This document shows, piece after piece, positions 30,476-40,937 of a stretch of 63,298 nucleotides of DNA (positions are counted from its first letter, which is position 1; each line of letters starts with the position of its first letter). Origin of the DNA: Nitrososphaeraceae archaeon (lineage in GTDB: Archaea > Thermoproteota > Nitrososphaeria > Nitrososphaerales > Nitrososphaeraceae); contig JBHENS010000001.1 of NCBI GenBank assembly GCA_046261955.1, forward strand, positions 1 through 63,298, in the 5' to 3' direction. The notes beneath the pieces are model-generated. The model searched no databases. It saw nothing but the letters and a program-made list of their open reading frames with translations, and was not told the origin of the DNA. The translations under genes and the position numbers were made by a program.

Positions 30476-31162
30476 ATGACCACAGAAGAACAACTTATTA
30501 CTTCTGAACAAATGTATAGTATTGAAGATAATGGATATGTTATTTTTGGCATGAAAAAATTACTGATGATGGAAAACGCAGGGCATGGACTGGCGGACTA
30601 TGTCCTGTCTGAAAAAGGACCTAACCTTGCTGGTAAGAAAATAATTTCTCTTTGCGGGACTGGAAATAACGGAGGAGACGCCATGGTCGCTTCTAGACAC
30701 TTATCAGCCCAAAATGGAATCGAGGTTACGGTGATACTTTTAGGTGATACGAAGAATATAAAGACTGAAGAAACAACGGTCAACTGGTCGATTATTCAAA
30801 AGATGAAATCAATAGAAATTCTCACAGGACCGCGTGTTCTTGAATTGGCAAAGAACAAGATATCTGACTCTGACATAATTATTGATGGTATTTTTGGTAC
30901 TGGGATAAAAGGAGAAATAAGGGAACCTTTTTCGTCAGCAATCGATCTAATAAATGCTTCTAACGCGTATGTAGTCGCAGTTGATATTCCTTCTGGACTT
31001 GATCCAAATGATGGAACATTTCACGAAAAATGCGTCAAAGCTAATGCTACAGTTACCTTTCATAGAATCAAAAAAGGCCTAACAGCAAAGAAAGATTATA
31101 CAGGCAAGGTTCATCTTGAGAAAATTGGGATTCCAATTGAGGCGGAACAAGGGGTAGTCTGA
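30476..31162 (+). CDS. nnrE: NAD(P)H-hydrate epimerase (YjeF N-terminal domain)
   Basis: LMMENAG, GTGNNGGD, DGIFGTG, VDIPSG. Confidence 0.93.
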   Translation: MTTEEQLITSEQMYSIEDNGYVIFGMKKLLMMENAGHGLADYVLSEKGPNLAGKKIISLCGTGNNGGDAMVASRHLSAQNGIEVTVILLGDTKNIKTEETTVNWSIIQKMKSIEILTGPRVLELAKNKISDSDIIIDGIFGTGIKGEIREPFSSAIDLINASNAYVVAVDIPSGLDPNDGTFHEKCVKANATVTFHRIKKGLTAKKDYTGKVHLEKIGIPIEAEQGVV

Positions 31163-31164
31163 TT

Positions 31165-31779
31165 ATGAGAATTGCTCAGATTCTGGTAGGCAATATGCAA
31201 AATTTCTCGTATGTTGTTTATGATGAGCAAAATAACATGGGAGGTATCATAGATCCTTCATGGGATCTTGAAAAACTCTTTCAATTTTTAGAGATAAATA
31301 GGATTTCTGCAAGATATATCATAAATACCCATACACATTTTGATCATGTATTAGGAAACGATCACGTTGTTGAAATTACAAAAGCTGAGATAATCCAACA
31401 TGAAAAATCTACTCACAAAAAAGACAGATCAGTACGCGACCAGGAGATTATTAATATTGGACATGTCGAACTAGAGGTTTTGCATACTCCAGGTCATTCG
31501 GAAGATAGCATTTGCCTAATTGTAAATAAAGAAGTTATTATAACAGGAGATACTCTATTCGTTGGAAACATTGGCAGGGTTGATCTTCCCGGGAGTAGTC
31601 CCGAAAAAATGTACGATAGTCTAGCTAAAGTTGCAAATTTAGACGATTCATTGGTAGTATACCCTGGTCACAATTACGGTCTCACGCCAACATCAACAAT
31701 ACTAAATGAAAGAACAAATAATCCAATGCTTAATTTCAAAACCAAAGAGGCATTCTTGAAATACATGGTCAATGAGTAA
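31165..31779 (+). CDS. MBL-fold metallo-hydrolase (glyoxalase II-like)
   Basis: THTHFDH, HTPGHS, TGDTLF, PGH. Confidence 0.9.
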   Translation: MRIAQILVGNMQNFSYVVYDEQNNMGGIIDPSWDLEKLFQFLEINRISARYIINTHTHFDHVLGNDHVVEITKAEIIQHEKSTHKKDRSVRDQEIINIGHVELEVLHTPGHSEDSICLIVNKEVIITGDTLFVGNIGRVDLPGSSPEKMYDSLAKVANLDDSLVVYPGHNYGLTPTSTILNERTNNPMLNFKTKEAFLKYMVNE

Positions 31780-31785
31780 TAGGAC

Positions 31786-32880
31786 ATGTCTAAAGAATTC
31801 GATATAGCATGTTCCCATAAGAGTAACGTAATTGAAAAGTTTCTTACCACAAACCCCATTTTTGTATGTGTTATTTCATATACAGAAACTAGTCAGATTC
31901 CAGGTATAACTTTTGCAGGAGCAAACCCTGATCTAATTAAGTATACACCGGCAGCAGATTCTGAATTCCTGTATCATGGAAAATGTTTTTCAATTTCTGG
32001 AGTACCTGCTACCCCTGATGGGATACCGACACCTGCATTACTGACCAGAACGGCACTGTTACTTGGAAAAATACCATGCTTGGTGGTAAATTCTGGTTCT
32101 AAAATCGATCCTAAAATTCCATTTATTTCATTTGGAATTAACCACGGCAAAAACATCCAGCATCAAGCAGCCCTAGAACTCTTTGAGACACATCAGGCAT
32201 TTGAGTATGGCAAGATTTTGGGCAAGCAACTATCCAAGTCAAATGACTTGGTTGTTCTAGGAGAAAGCATTCCTGGTGGAACAACTACAGCTCTTGGAGT
32301 ATTGACAGGATTTGGAATTGATGCAAATTACAAAATCAGCAGTAGTATGCCAAATAATCCACATGATCTAAAAATCCGCGTTGTGCGAGAAGCCATTAAG
32401 AATCAAAAAATATCAGATTTGATAGATCCCTTCAAAATAATATCATTCCTGGGGGATCCAATGATACCGGCCGTAGCCGGAATTGCAACGGGTGTTATTC
32501 AATCAGAATCTAAGGTAATGCTTGCTGGGGGTACACAAATGGCTGCAGTTCTTGCATTCATGTCTTCTCTGAATGTCTCTTTTGATAAAATTTGCATAGG
32601 GACAACTTCCTATGTTACCAAAGATGAAAATTCAGACCTAGAATTTCTAGTAAGGACAATTTCTCCAGATATTCCCATTTTATCCGTAAATCCGGGCTTG
32701 GGCAAATCAACTAAAAATGGACTAATAATGTATGACAAGGGTGTCGTAAAGGAAGGGGTAGGATCTGGCGGTGCCTTAATTGCAATGCTACTAAAATTAA
32801 ATAGATCTCTTGATAGAGATTCTTTTTTAAGAAATATTGAAGAAGAATATGAAAGAAATATTGAAAATATTATGGTTTGA
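31786..32880 (+). CDS. cobT: Archaeal-type nicotinate-nucleotide--base phosphoribosyltransferase CobT (cobamide lower ligand)
   Basis: GESIPGGTTTA, SSS, GDP, LAGGTQM, VKEGVG.GG. Confidence 0.88.
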   Translation: MSKEFDIACSHKSNVIEKFLTTNPIFVCVISYTETSQIPGITFAGANPDLIKYTPAADSEFLYHGKCFSISGVPATPDGIPTPALLTRTALLLGKIPCLVVNSGSKIDPKIPFISFGINHGKNIQHQAALELFETHQAFEYGKILGKQLSKSNDLVVLGESIPGGTTTALGVLTGFGIDANYKISSSMPNNPHDLKIRVVREAIKNQKISDLIDPFKIISFLGDPMIPAVAGIATGVIQSESKVMLAGGTQMAAVLAFMSSLNVSFDKICIGTTSYVTKDENSDLEFLVRTISPDIPILSVNPGLGKSTKNGLIMYDKGVVKEGVGSGGALIAMLLKLNRSLDRDSFLRNIEEEYERNIENIMV

Positions 32881-32930
32881 TAGAATAGTGGTTGCCTTAA
32901 AGCTCGCATTGAATTCAACTGTAGTCTAAA

Positions 32931-34694
32931 TTATTTTACTGTGACAGATTTTGCAAGGTTACGCGGATAATCAGGATTTGCATTGTTATAAATAGAAAGA
33001 TAATAGGCCAAAAGCTGCAGTGGGATTACTTCGATCAGTGGATAGAGGAAATCACTTATCGTAGGAATGATTATGTGGTAATCGTATATTTCATGCTTCT
33101 TGTTTGAAATGCCAACTATTTTTGCACCTCTTGATTTTATGGTATGAATGTTTGATAATGTATCAACATAAGTAGAGTCATTTGGATTAATGACAATTAC
33201 TATGCTCTTGTTATCTATTAGTGCTAAGGGACCATGTTTTAATTCACCAGCAGCCATTCCCTCGGCATGAATGTACGACAATTCCTTAATCTTTAGAGCT
33301 CCTTCTAGACATATAGGAAAATGTAGAGATCGACCAAGTATGTAGATATCCTTTGAATCTTTTATCTGATTTGCAACACTTTCAATCTGCGAATCCAGTT
33401 TTAGTACCTGATTTATTGTAGTAGTCAAAAGCTCCTTACTTGTGGATATCCCATTTGATTTTTTACCGATTATGTCCGAAACATAGTACAACAGCGCAAT
33501 TTGACTTGTGAAACTCTTGGTGGCCGCAACACCTATTTCAGGGCCGCAGTTAACTTCCAGATAAGAATCACTCAATCTAGCGAGGGAGGAAGTCGGAATA
33601 TTGACTATCGAGAGTACTTTAGCTCCCATATTCTTTGCAGATTTTACAGATTGTAATACATCAGCAGTTTCCCCACTTTGAGATATCGCCAGTAGAACTG
33701 AATTTTCATCCAACAAATCAGATGAATATTGAAATTCACTTGACATTATGGTTTCAACGTGAATCTTTGATTTTGAGAAAATTTGTTTTGCGAGTAATGC
33801 AGAATGATAACTTGTTCCACTTCCAGTGATATAGATATTTTTGGCACCTGTAATGATATCACAGAATTTCTCTAAGTTCTTCTTGTCTTGTTCCATGCTC
33901 TTTACTATTGTTTGATGCTGCTCATGAATTTCCTTTAATGTATAGTGTGAATACTTTCCTTTATCAGCATCGCCAAACTCCCAAGCAACTTGTGTTATTT
34001 TTCTTGAAATTCTATCTCCATCAAAATTAAAAAAAGAGATATCACTATCGTTGATTACGACAATATCACGATTATCCAGAAAAATTGCACGGTCTGTGTA
34101 ATTCAAAAATCCTAGAATATCACTGGACAGAAAATAGTCATCGTTACCCACACCCACTATGAGTGGTTCATCATATCTAGCCCCACACATGGTTGATGAG
34201 TTAAATGCTGCGACAAATGCGAAAGAACCTACTAATCGCTTGCATGTAAAGATCATGGATAACCGAATATCTCTAGTAACCTCAAAATACTCCTCCAAAA
34301 GGTGAGCAATAACTTCACTATCAGTCTCACTACTGAATTCATGACCCGACCTGTGCAGTTCATCCTTCAATTCATCATAATTTTCAATTATGCCATTGTG
34401 CACAACAGCGATGGTTGAGTTACAAGAAAGATGAGGATGTGCGTTAGAGTCAACTATACCTCCATGCGTTGCCCAACGCGTATGTCCAATTCCTAATTTA
34501 CCAGGTAATTCATCAAGTCTTAAGGACTTGTTAACTTCTGCAACTTTACCTACTCCTTTACGTGTCAAGAGTTTTCCAGAATTAATGGTCGCAATACCCA
34601 CGCTATCGTATCCTCTATATTCCATCTTTTTGAGGCCTTCAATCAATACGGAAGAAGCGTGTTCATTGCCCTTGTATCCAATTATTGAACACAT
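32931..34694 (-). CDS. glmS: Glutamine--fructose-6-phosphate transaminase
   Basis: N-terminal Cys, EYRGYDS, GHTRWATHG, SQSGET, PRNLAKSVTV. Confidence 0.98.
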   Translation of the reverse strand: MCSIIGYKGNEHASSVLIEGLKKMEYRGYDSVGIATINSGKLLTRKGVGKVAEVNKSLRLDELPGKLGIGHTRWATHGGIVDSNAHPHLSCNSTIAVVHNGIIENYDELKDELHRSGHEFSSETDSEVIAHLLEEYFEVTRDIRLSMIFTCKRLVGSFAFVAAFNSSTMCGARYDEPLIVGVGNDDYFLSSDILGFLNYTDRAIFLDNRDIVVINDSDISFFNFDGDRISRKITQVAWEFGDADKGKYSHYTLKEIHEQHQTIVKSMEQDKKNLEKFCDIITGAKNIYITGSGTSYHSALLAKQIFSKSKIHVETIMSSEFQYSSDLLDENSVLLAISQSGETADVLQSVKSAKNMGAKVLSIVNIPTSSLARLSDSYLEVNCGPEIGVAATKSFTSQIALLYYVSDIIGKKSNGISTSKELLTTTINQVLKLDSQIESVANQIKDSKDIYILGRSLHFPICLEGALKIKELSYIHAEGMAAGELKHGPLALIDNKSIVIVINPNDSTYVDTLSNIHTIKSRGAKIVGISNKKHEIYDYHIIIPTISDFLYPLIEVIPLQLLAYYLSIYNNANPDYPRNLAKSVTVK

Positions 34695-34875
34695 AACACT
34701 ATTTTACAATTTAATTCGGTTTAAAATAATTACTAACATCACAAGTTACCACTATAAAAAAAAGTATAACGCTTTTGAAGAATCACGGGCTTCTTTAATA
34801 CAAAACAATTTTATCATATTATGCTACTTTACATACTGGACAAGATTAATATATAATAGTTACCCCAACCATTAA

Positions 34876-35847
34876 TTGATGAATAGGAAAAGCCTTGTGT
34901 ATTCTTTGGATGAAAATGCATTTACGAAGGAGATTCTAATTCTCGAAAAACCAAGTGATATGCGTATTTTGTCAAATCCCATAGCGTGGAAAATTGTAAA
35001 TTTATTGGCAAGTCGTCCAATGTATCCAGCTCAAATCGCAAAGGAACTCAAGATTTATGAACAAAGTGCATATTATTACATAAGGAAATTACTAACCATT
35101 AGAGCTATTGGTCAAGTTGAAACATCATTCGTACGTGGTGGCACTGCTAAACTTTACAAAACAGAGTATGCAGCGTTCGGAATAGAAATGAATTGGGGAG
35201 AGAGGAAATTTGAAAATGTAAAAAATGGAAAAATTAATAGAAATGTCCGGACATTTTTTGAAGACTTTATTGTTGATGGGTTATTCAATGGTGTGATAGT
35301 GGTAGGTGCTCCAGACCCACATGGTCCTTACCGGTCATCTGCAAGGGATGGCCACTACGCGGCACAACTCGCTTTTTTCTTGGGTAGTTTTTGTAGTCTA
35401 CCACAAAATTTTGTTGTAAAATTAGATGTCGATGCAAAGTCGGAAAAAATAGCAAGAACAGAAAATATCATATCTATTGGCGGTCCCGGAACAAATATTA
35501 TCACTTCAGAATTTAACAGGTATTTACCAATACGATTTGATGAATCCAATTATTGGTCTGGTTTGATAGCTCCGCAAGGAAGAACTCATACGCTTGATAA
35601 TCATGGTTTAATTGCAAAAATTAGAAATCCTTTCTCTGAAAAGGTAAACATCGTAATCATAGCAGGAGTGAGATCTGCGGGAACTAAATCAGCTATAATT
35701 GCCTTAACAAATCATGGGAACGAAATACTAAAAAAATTCAATCAGGACGACAATTGGGCGGTTGTAGTTCAGGGCTTTGACATGGATTCAGATGGAAAAA
35801 TAGATACCATAGACATTGTAGACGAAATATCTACCAACAGTCGTTGA
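34876..35847 (+). CDS. ArsR-like wHTH protein fused to an alpha/beta C-terminal domain
   Basis: PMYPAQIAKEL...EQSAYYYIRKL HTH; C-terminal IGGPGTN and IAGVRSAGT motifs like the S-layer C-terminal fold. Confidence 0.72.
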   Translation: MMNRKSLVYSLDENAFTKEILILEKPSDMRILSNPIAWKIVNLLASRPMYPAQIAKELKIYEQSAYYYIRKLLTIRAIGQVETSFVRGGTAKLYKTEYAAFGIEMNWGERKFENVKNGKINRNVRTFFEDFIVDGLFNGVIVVGAPDPHGPYRSSARDGHYAAQLAFFLGSFCSLPQNFVVKLDVDAKSEKIARTENIISIGGPGTNIITSEFNRYLPIRFDESNYWSGLIAPQGRTHTLDNHGLIAKIRNPFSEKVNIVIIAGVRSAGTKSAIIALTNHGNEILKKFNQDDNWAVVVQGFDMDSDGKIDTIDIVDEISTNSR

Positions 35848-35861
35848 GTAATTTTTAGATG

Positions 35862-36365
35862 CTAACTGGCTGCGGCTTCTGTTGTCTTGTTTGGCGCTAC
35901 TACATGAACTAGTATTTTTGGTTCGTCTTCTTTCTTTACTAGATATCCAGGTAAGTTTACTTTCCTATTTCCGATTGATACATGACCATGGATCACAACT
36001 TGCCTTGCTTGGAACGGAGATTTCAAACCCATTTTTCTCATCACGATTGTCTGCAACCTTCTCTCGAGTATGTCCTCAATTTTCAAGTTCAAAATATCAT
36101 CTAAAGAAGCAGTACTGGTCAAACCTAGCCTATTTAGGAATGATAATAGAAGCGATTCCTTTTCCTGTCTACCTTCAAGGGTTAGCGCAAGCAGTATTCT
36201 CGCTTGATTCCTAAAATTTGCAACTTTTGTTTGTGCCTTCCACAATTCTCTTTTATTTCTGAGTCCATAAGAACCGATAATATACAATTCCGAACTTAAT
36301 TGGTCAGAATTCCATATTCGCCTTGGCCTTCTGTAACTTTTTCTTGGTTTTCTTGGATCTCCCAT
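35862..36365 (-). CDS. rps4: 30S ribosomal protein S4 (uS4)
   Basis: MGDPRK, YGLRNKRELW, LERRLQT, ARQVVIHGH. Confidence 0.97.
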   Translation of the reverse strand: MGDPRKPRKSYRRPRRIWNSDQLSSELYIIGSYGLRNKRELWKAQTKVANFRNQARILLALTLEGRQEKESLLLSFLNRLGLTSTASLDDILNLKIEDILERRLQTIVMRKMGLKSPFQARQVVIHGHVSIGNRKVNLPGYLVKKEDEPKILVHVVAPNKTTEAAAS

Positions 36366-36374
36366 TCTGCCTCA

Positions 36375-36959
36375 CTATTCTTTAGTTTCTGGAGATTTAG
36401 GTGCACTGCCTTTTGGAGTTGACCCCTCTGGAGCTGCAGATTCAGTTGAAGGTGCAGCACCGGCTTCCTTTGCTTCGCCCGGAGTACCGGGGCCACCGGC
36501 TGTAGGCCTCATTGTAACCTTCTTTACTCCAACCGCACCGCCTTTTCTACCAGTTGTTCGAGTACATTGGCCTCTGACTCTAAGTCCAAACATATGCCTA
36601 TAGCCTCTCCAACTATAGACGGTTTTTTCTCTTTCAATATCAGCTGATATAGTAAAATCAAGATCTGATGTTAACAAATGCTTGTCTGTTCCTGTATCAC
36701 TATCTTTTCTTCTGTTCAAATACCAATTTGGAATTCCTATCAAAGAGGGATTTTTTATTGCAGCTTCAATGTCGCTCACCTCTTTTTCCGTTAAAGATCC
36801 TATTCTCATATTAGAACTGATATTCAACGATTGTAGAATTACCTGAGACAAATTATAACCTAAACCCTTCACTTGACTTAGGGCAATAATGATTTTCTTG
36901 CTGCCCTCAATGTCTTTCCCTGCTATTCTTAGGATATGCCTATATTCGGATATCGACAA
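36375..36959 (-). CDS. rps13: 30S ribosomal protein S13 (uS13) with low-complexity tail
   Basis: IPNWYLNRRKD, SWRGYRH..GLRVRGQCTRTTGR. Confidence 0.97.
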   Translation of the reverse strand: MSISEYRHILRIAGKDIEGSKKIIIALSQVKGLGYNLSQVILQSLNISSNMRIGSLTEKEVSDIEAAIKNPSLIGIPNWYLNRRKDSDTGTDKHLLTSDLDFTISADIEREKTVYSWRGYRHMFGLRVRGQCTRTTGRKGGAVGVKKVTMRPTAGGPGTPGEAKEAGAAPSTESAAPEGSTPKGSAPKSPETKE

Positions 36960-37099
36960 TATTTACGTCCATCATTTTCCGAAATAAAAACCATGCTGAC
37001 ACTTATACGAATGAATAATACAAGAGTCAACGTATTATGACAAAACCAAAATATGCTTTGAAAGCTTTAAATTTGTTAGTAGATCGAGCTGATGAATAA

Positions 37100-38743
37100 T
37101 TGATTTCTGAAAATTTTAAGGATATTGTTCATAAAAGTTATAATTCAAATCCTGATTATCTCGAAACAGTTCCAGGTTTACCTGAAAACTATAAGGATAT
37201 AAAAACACTCGAAGGTTTACTATCAATCAATTACAAACATGTATCTGCAAATGATCAACTTAGAGGAAATTTAATCATAAAACTGAAAAGGCAACAGTTT
37301 CCATATTCGGGAATCATTGGTTATGATGAGGACATAGTTCCGTCTCTTAATAGGGCAATACTATCTTCGCATGACATACTACTAGTGGGTCAAATTGGGC
37401 AGGCAAAGACCAAGATTGCAGAGACCGTAGCAAAAAATTTACTTTCCCCAATTCCGATTGTGGAAGGATCTATTACAAATGATATTCCAACTCTAATTCC
37501 AGAAAGTGAACTTGTATCATTATTAAACGGCAAGGAGATCACACGATCTAGGCCAGAATTTTATGTCTCTATTGAAACCGAGGACAGGATAAGAAATAAC
37601 AGGCTCGATACCAAAATAATCTGGATTGATGGACCCAGTCGCTTCAAATACCTTCTAGCTACACCAGATATTTCTGTAAAGGATCTGGTAGGGCAGATTG
37701 ACGCAATAAAAATAGCTAAAAGAGGTGTAGAGGTGTACAATATGGAGTCATATTCACCTGGTCAGCTACTCCTAGCCAGACACGGTGTATTTTGTATTGA
37801 CGAATTACCTGTGCTTGACCCCAGAAAACAGGTAGCCTTACTGAGTGTCTTGCAAGAAGGTATCTACACTACTGGTTCCTATCCTGTAATATTCAAACCA
37901 GATACAAGAATAATATCTACTGCAAACCCAATAGATTATACCCATTCGGGCAAAATAATCGAACCGCTTTATGATAGATTGAAGAGTCATATCATTACTA
38001 GATATCCAAAAAAGGTTTACGACGAAATGATGATAATGGTTCAAGAGGCAAACATTTCCAATATAAGGAACATAGTGTTGCCGATATTTATCTTAAGAAC
38101 TCTAGCTGAAATTACTAGGATTGCTCGTGGACATCCCGAAATAAATCAGGAAAAGGGAGTAAGTGTAAGAATGTCTATTCATTCATTAGAGATCTTGATA
38201 TCAGAAGCTGAACGAGTAAGAGGCATCATTAATAACATCAAAGCTGTTCCTCGTTTTAGTGACATTTATTCAATTCACCAAACTTCAAAATTTGAACTTT
38301 CAGAGATAGATGATAGTTATGAAAACAGAATGAATATTTTGGATACTATAATATCTGATGCGATTAAAAAAATATGTGCTCATTATGTCGCAGACCTTCC
38401 TCCTGAAAAACTAATAAGTCTAAAGAATGAATTCAAAATCAATAAGACTTTTCATGTCTCTCAAGACATCACCGGTAACAGCAAGGGTCCTAAAAGCTAT
38501 CAGGCACAGGTAAGTAAGTTTGATTCATTAAGGGAAATAATGGATATTGTGGCAAACAATATAGCACAAGATCAAAAGCATTTTGAAGTGGCTTTAAGAG
38601 AAAATGCAATAAATTTTGACACTCTTAAAGACACGAAAGATCCTGAGTATCTCGCATCAGTAACTGAATTAATACTAGAAGGCCTTAGATTTACAGATCC
38701 ACCAATACTCGATAGGAAGGAAGGTATCTATGTCCACATATAG
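37100..38743 (+). CDS. Chelatase-like (ChlI/MoxR-related) AAA+ ATPase
   Basis: GQIGQAKT Walker A, LATPDISVKDLVG, FCIDE Walker B, TANPIDY, DRL. Confidence 0.8.
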   Translation: MISENFKDIVHKSYNSNPDYLETVPGLPENYKDIKTLEGLLSINYKHVSANDQLRGNLIIKLKRQQFPYSGIIGYDEDIVPSLNRAILSSHDILLVGQIGQAKTKIAETVAKNLLSPIPIVEGSITNDIPTLIPESELVSLLNGKEITRSRPEFYVSIETEDRIRNNRLDTKIIWIDGPSRFKYLLATPDISVKDLVGQIDAIKIAKRGVEVYNMESYSPGQLLLARHGVFCIDELPVLDPRKQVALLSVLQEGIYTTGSYPVIFKPDTRIISTANPIDYTHSGKIIEPLYDRLKSHIITRYPKKVYDEMMIMVQEANISNIRNIVLPIFILRTLAEITRIARGHPEINQEKGVSVRMSIHSLEILISEAERVRGIINNIKAVPRFSDIYSIHQTSKFELSEIDDSYENRMNILDTIISDAIKKICAHYVADLPPEKLISLKNEFKINKTFHVSQDITGNSKGPKSYQAQVSKFDSLREIMDIVANNIAQDQKHFEVALRENAINFDTLKDTKDPEYLASVTELILEGLRFTDPPILDRKEGIYVHI

Positions 38744-40076
38744 TAATAACATCAAGAAATTTACTTATCATAATATCATTGACTTTCCAGAAGAAAAGGA
38801 AGACAAGGCTCCAACAAAATCAATTCCAAAGAGTTTACTCCAAGATTTTCTTAAAGTCTTGGGCAGGGAAATAATGAAAGAAGATCAGCCAAAACTGGAA
38901 GAAATTGAGCAGGAACTACAAAACCTGAAGAAGGAGCGAGAAAACAGTCAAAGTGAATCAAATAAATCTAAATCCAGTATGACGGAGCCGTCGATAATAA
39001 CCCAACTCCAGCAGTTGGGGTATATCAAAGATTCAAGAAAATGGCTAAGTAAAAAAGGATTTTTTGCAGTAGGAGGAAAATTGCTAGAGGATGTAATTAG
39101 AGCTCTTAATAAAGGAACTATAGGACTGCATGAGACTACATTTAGTGGTAGTGGTTCATTAAATTTAGATTCGACAAAAAAATACGAACCGTCTGACGAC
39201 CTGAGATTAATTAATGTTCCAAGATCATTATTAAATGCTATTCAAAGAAGATCTGGTTCCAGATCATCTATTCAATTACCAATTGATCTACAGCCAGATG
39301 ATTTGGAAGTTTATGAAACAAAGAGAGAAGTTAGTGTTTCAGTTGTTTACTGTATTGACTTGAGTTCTACTATGAGATATTCAACAATGTTTGGGGATAT
39401 GAGTAGAATAGAGGCAGCAAAAAAAGCATTATGGAGTTTGTTTTTATTAAATCAAAAATTTTTCCCGTCAGATTCAATTCGTATAGTAGGTTTTGGGGCT
39501 TTGGCCTCAAAGGTATCACCATACGATATACCATATCTCAAGACTTTTGATTCAGGCGTAGGATTTATGCACTATACTAATTATCAGGCCGCTTTTAGAC
39601 TGGCAAAGAAAATTCTACAAAATGAAACTACTGTTAACAAGAAAATTGTCCTTGTGACAGATGGCCATCCTAGTGCCTGCTTCATTGATACGGAACAAGA
39701 ACGAAATAAAATATTATGTGAAAGACCCTATTCCCAATTTTACGCTCTTGATAAGGAAGCACTAAATTCAGCAAAGCAAAAACAGGACTTATCCCTTGAT
39801 ACTAAATCAGGGAAATTAGTTTACCTTTGCTATAGATATAGACAGGTTGACCAATATATCGGTGAAAAGACAATTCTGGAAGCACGAAAATGTCATAAAT
39901 TAGGCATTGATATAGATACAATCATGGTTAGTGAGGAAGATTCTTTGTTGAGCTACGTAAATGAGTTGGAAAAGTATGTCAAAGGGAGATCATATTATAT
40001 CAATCCAGCTGAAATAGATAAGATTCTAATTACGGATTACCTAAATGACAAAAAATCTATTTTAAGGTCTAATTGA
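38730..40076 (+). CDS. von Willebrand factor A domain protein (ChlD-like partner)
   Basis: MIDAS-like DLSST, YTN, VTDG; overlaps the AAA gene. Confidence 0.82.
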   Translation: MSTYSNNIKKFTYHNIIDFPEEKEDKAPTKSIPKSLLQDFLKVLGREIMKEDQPKLEEIEQELQNLKKERENSQSESNKSKSSMTEPSIITQLQQLGYIKDSRKWLSKKGFFAVGGKLLEDVIRALNKGTIGLHETTFSGSGSLNLDSTKKYEPSDDLRLINVPRSLLNAIQRRSGSRSSIQLPIDLQPDDLEVYETKREVSVSVVYCIDLSSTMRYSTMFGDMSRIEAAKKALWSLFLLNQKFFPSDSIRIVGFGALASKVSPYDIPYLKTFDSGVGFMHYTNYQAAFRLAKKILQNETTVNKKIVLVTDGHPSACFIDTEQERNKILCERPYSQFYALDKEALNSAKQKQDLSLDTKSGKLVYLCYRYRQVDQYIGEKTILEARKCHKLGIDIDTIMVSEEDSLLSYVNELEKYVKGRSYYINPAEIDKILITDYLNDKKSILRSN

Positions 40077-40123
40077 AAATCGACAATTAGTTTTTATTTA
40101 CATCTTCTAAAAATAGATAATGA

Positions 40124-40933
40124 ATGACAAAAGACTCATCCAGTTCCAATTATTTTGATTGGAATGATTCGTTTAATATAATTAAGAAAGCATATGATTC
40201 GTCACTTTTTGTACTTATAATAGGACCAAAAGGCACTGGTAAAACTAGTTTGGTTAGAAAATTTGCTTCGGATATTGGAAAGCCGCTTTATTCAATTAAT
40301 TTCAGCTTAAGAACCCGCGAATCGCATTTGGTTGGAACTAAAACCATGAATCAAGGAGAAGTTACATTTGTAGAAGGCATCTTGATCAAATCCATGAGAG
40401 ACGGCGGAATTCTATATCTTGATGAACTTAATGCAGCAGAAGCTGATGTACTTCTGCGACTTGATGAAGCACTTGATGACAGACGACAGATTGTATTGAA
40501 AGAAGCTGATGGTCAAGTAATCAATGCATTGAATAATTGGTTTGTTTTTGCTACGATCAACCCACTATCTCATGAAGGAACAAAGGAATTACCACCACAA
40601 ATACTAAGCAGATTTCCAGTCAGACTAAGACTCGAATATCCACCCAAAGAAATTGAGAAGCAGATTATAAAATACCACGTAAACTTTGATTCTTCACAAG
40701 AGAGTGACATTGACAATGCACTTAAACTGGCCAATAGTCTGAGAGAAGCAGCATCATTGGAGGAGCTATACTACAGTCCCAGCATAAGAGAGTCTATAGC
40801 ATTTGCAAGACTTTTGACAAATCAGGTATCTCCCAAGAAAGCTGCTGAAGTAGTATATGCTAATGTTTATGATCAGTGGGGAGAAGTAGAATATAGAAAG
40901 GTAATGGACATGATAACTTCAATTTTTGCGTAA
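40124..40933 (+). CDS. CbbQ/NorQ/GvpN-type MoxR AAA+ ATPase
   Basis: GPKGTGKT, LYLDE, ATINP, LSRF, PSIRE. Confidence 0.88.
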   Translation: MTKDSSSSNYFDWNDSFNIIKKAYDSSLFVLIIGPKGTGKTSLVRKFASDIGKPLYSINFSLRTRESHLVGTKTMNQGEVTFVEGILIKSMRDGGILYLDELNAAEADVLLRLDEALDDRRQIVLKEADGQVINALNNWFVFATINPLSHEGTKELPPQILSRFPVRLRLEYPPKEIEKQIIKYHVNFDSSQESDIDNALKLANSLREAASLEELYYSPSIRESIAFARLLTNQVSPKKAAEVVYANVYDQWGEVEYRKVMDMITSIFA

Positions 40934-40937
40934 GAAA

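Noticed and set aside
37100-38743. Walker A GQAKT as a sign of an inactive ATPase
   Set aside because: The catalytic Lys-Thr and Walker B are retained, and Ala at this position is common in chelatase/MoxR-type ATPases.
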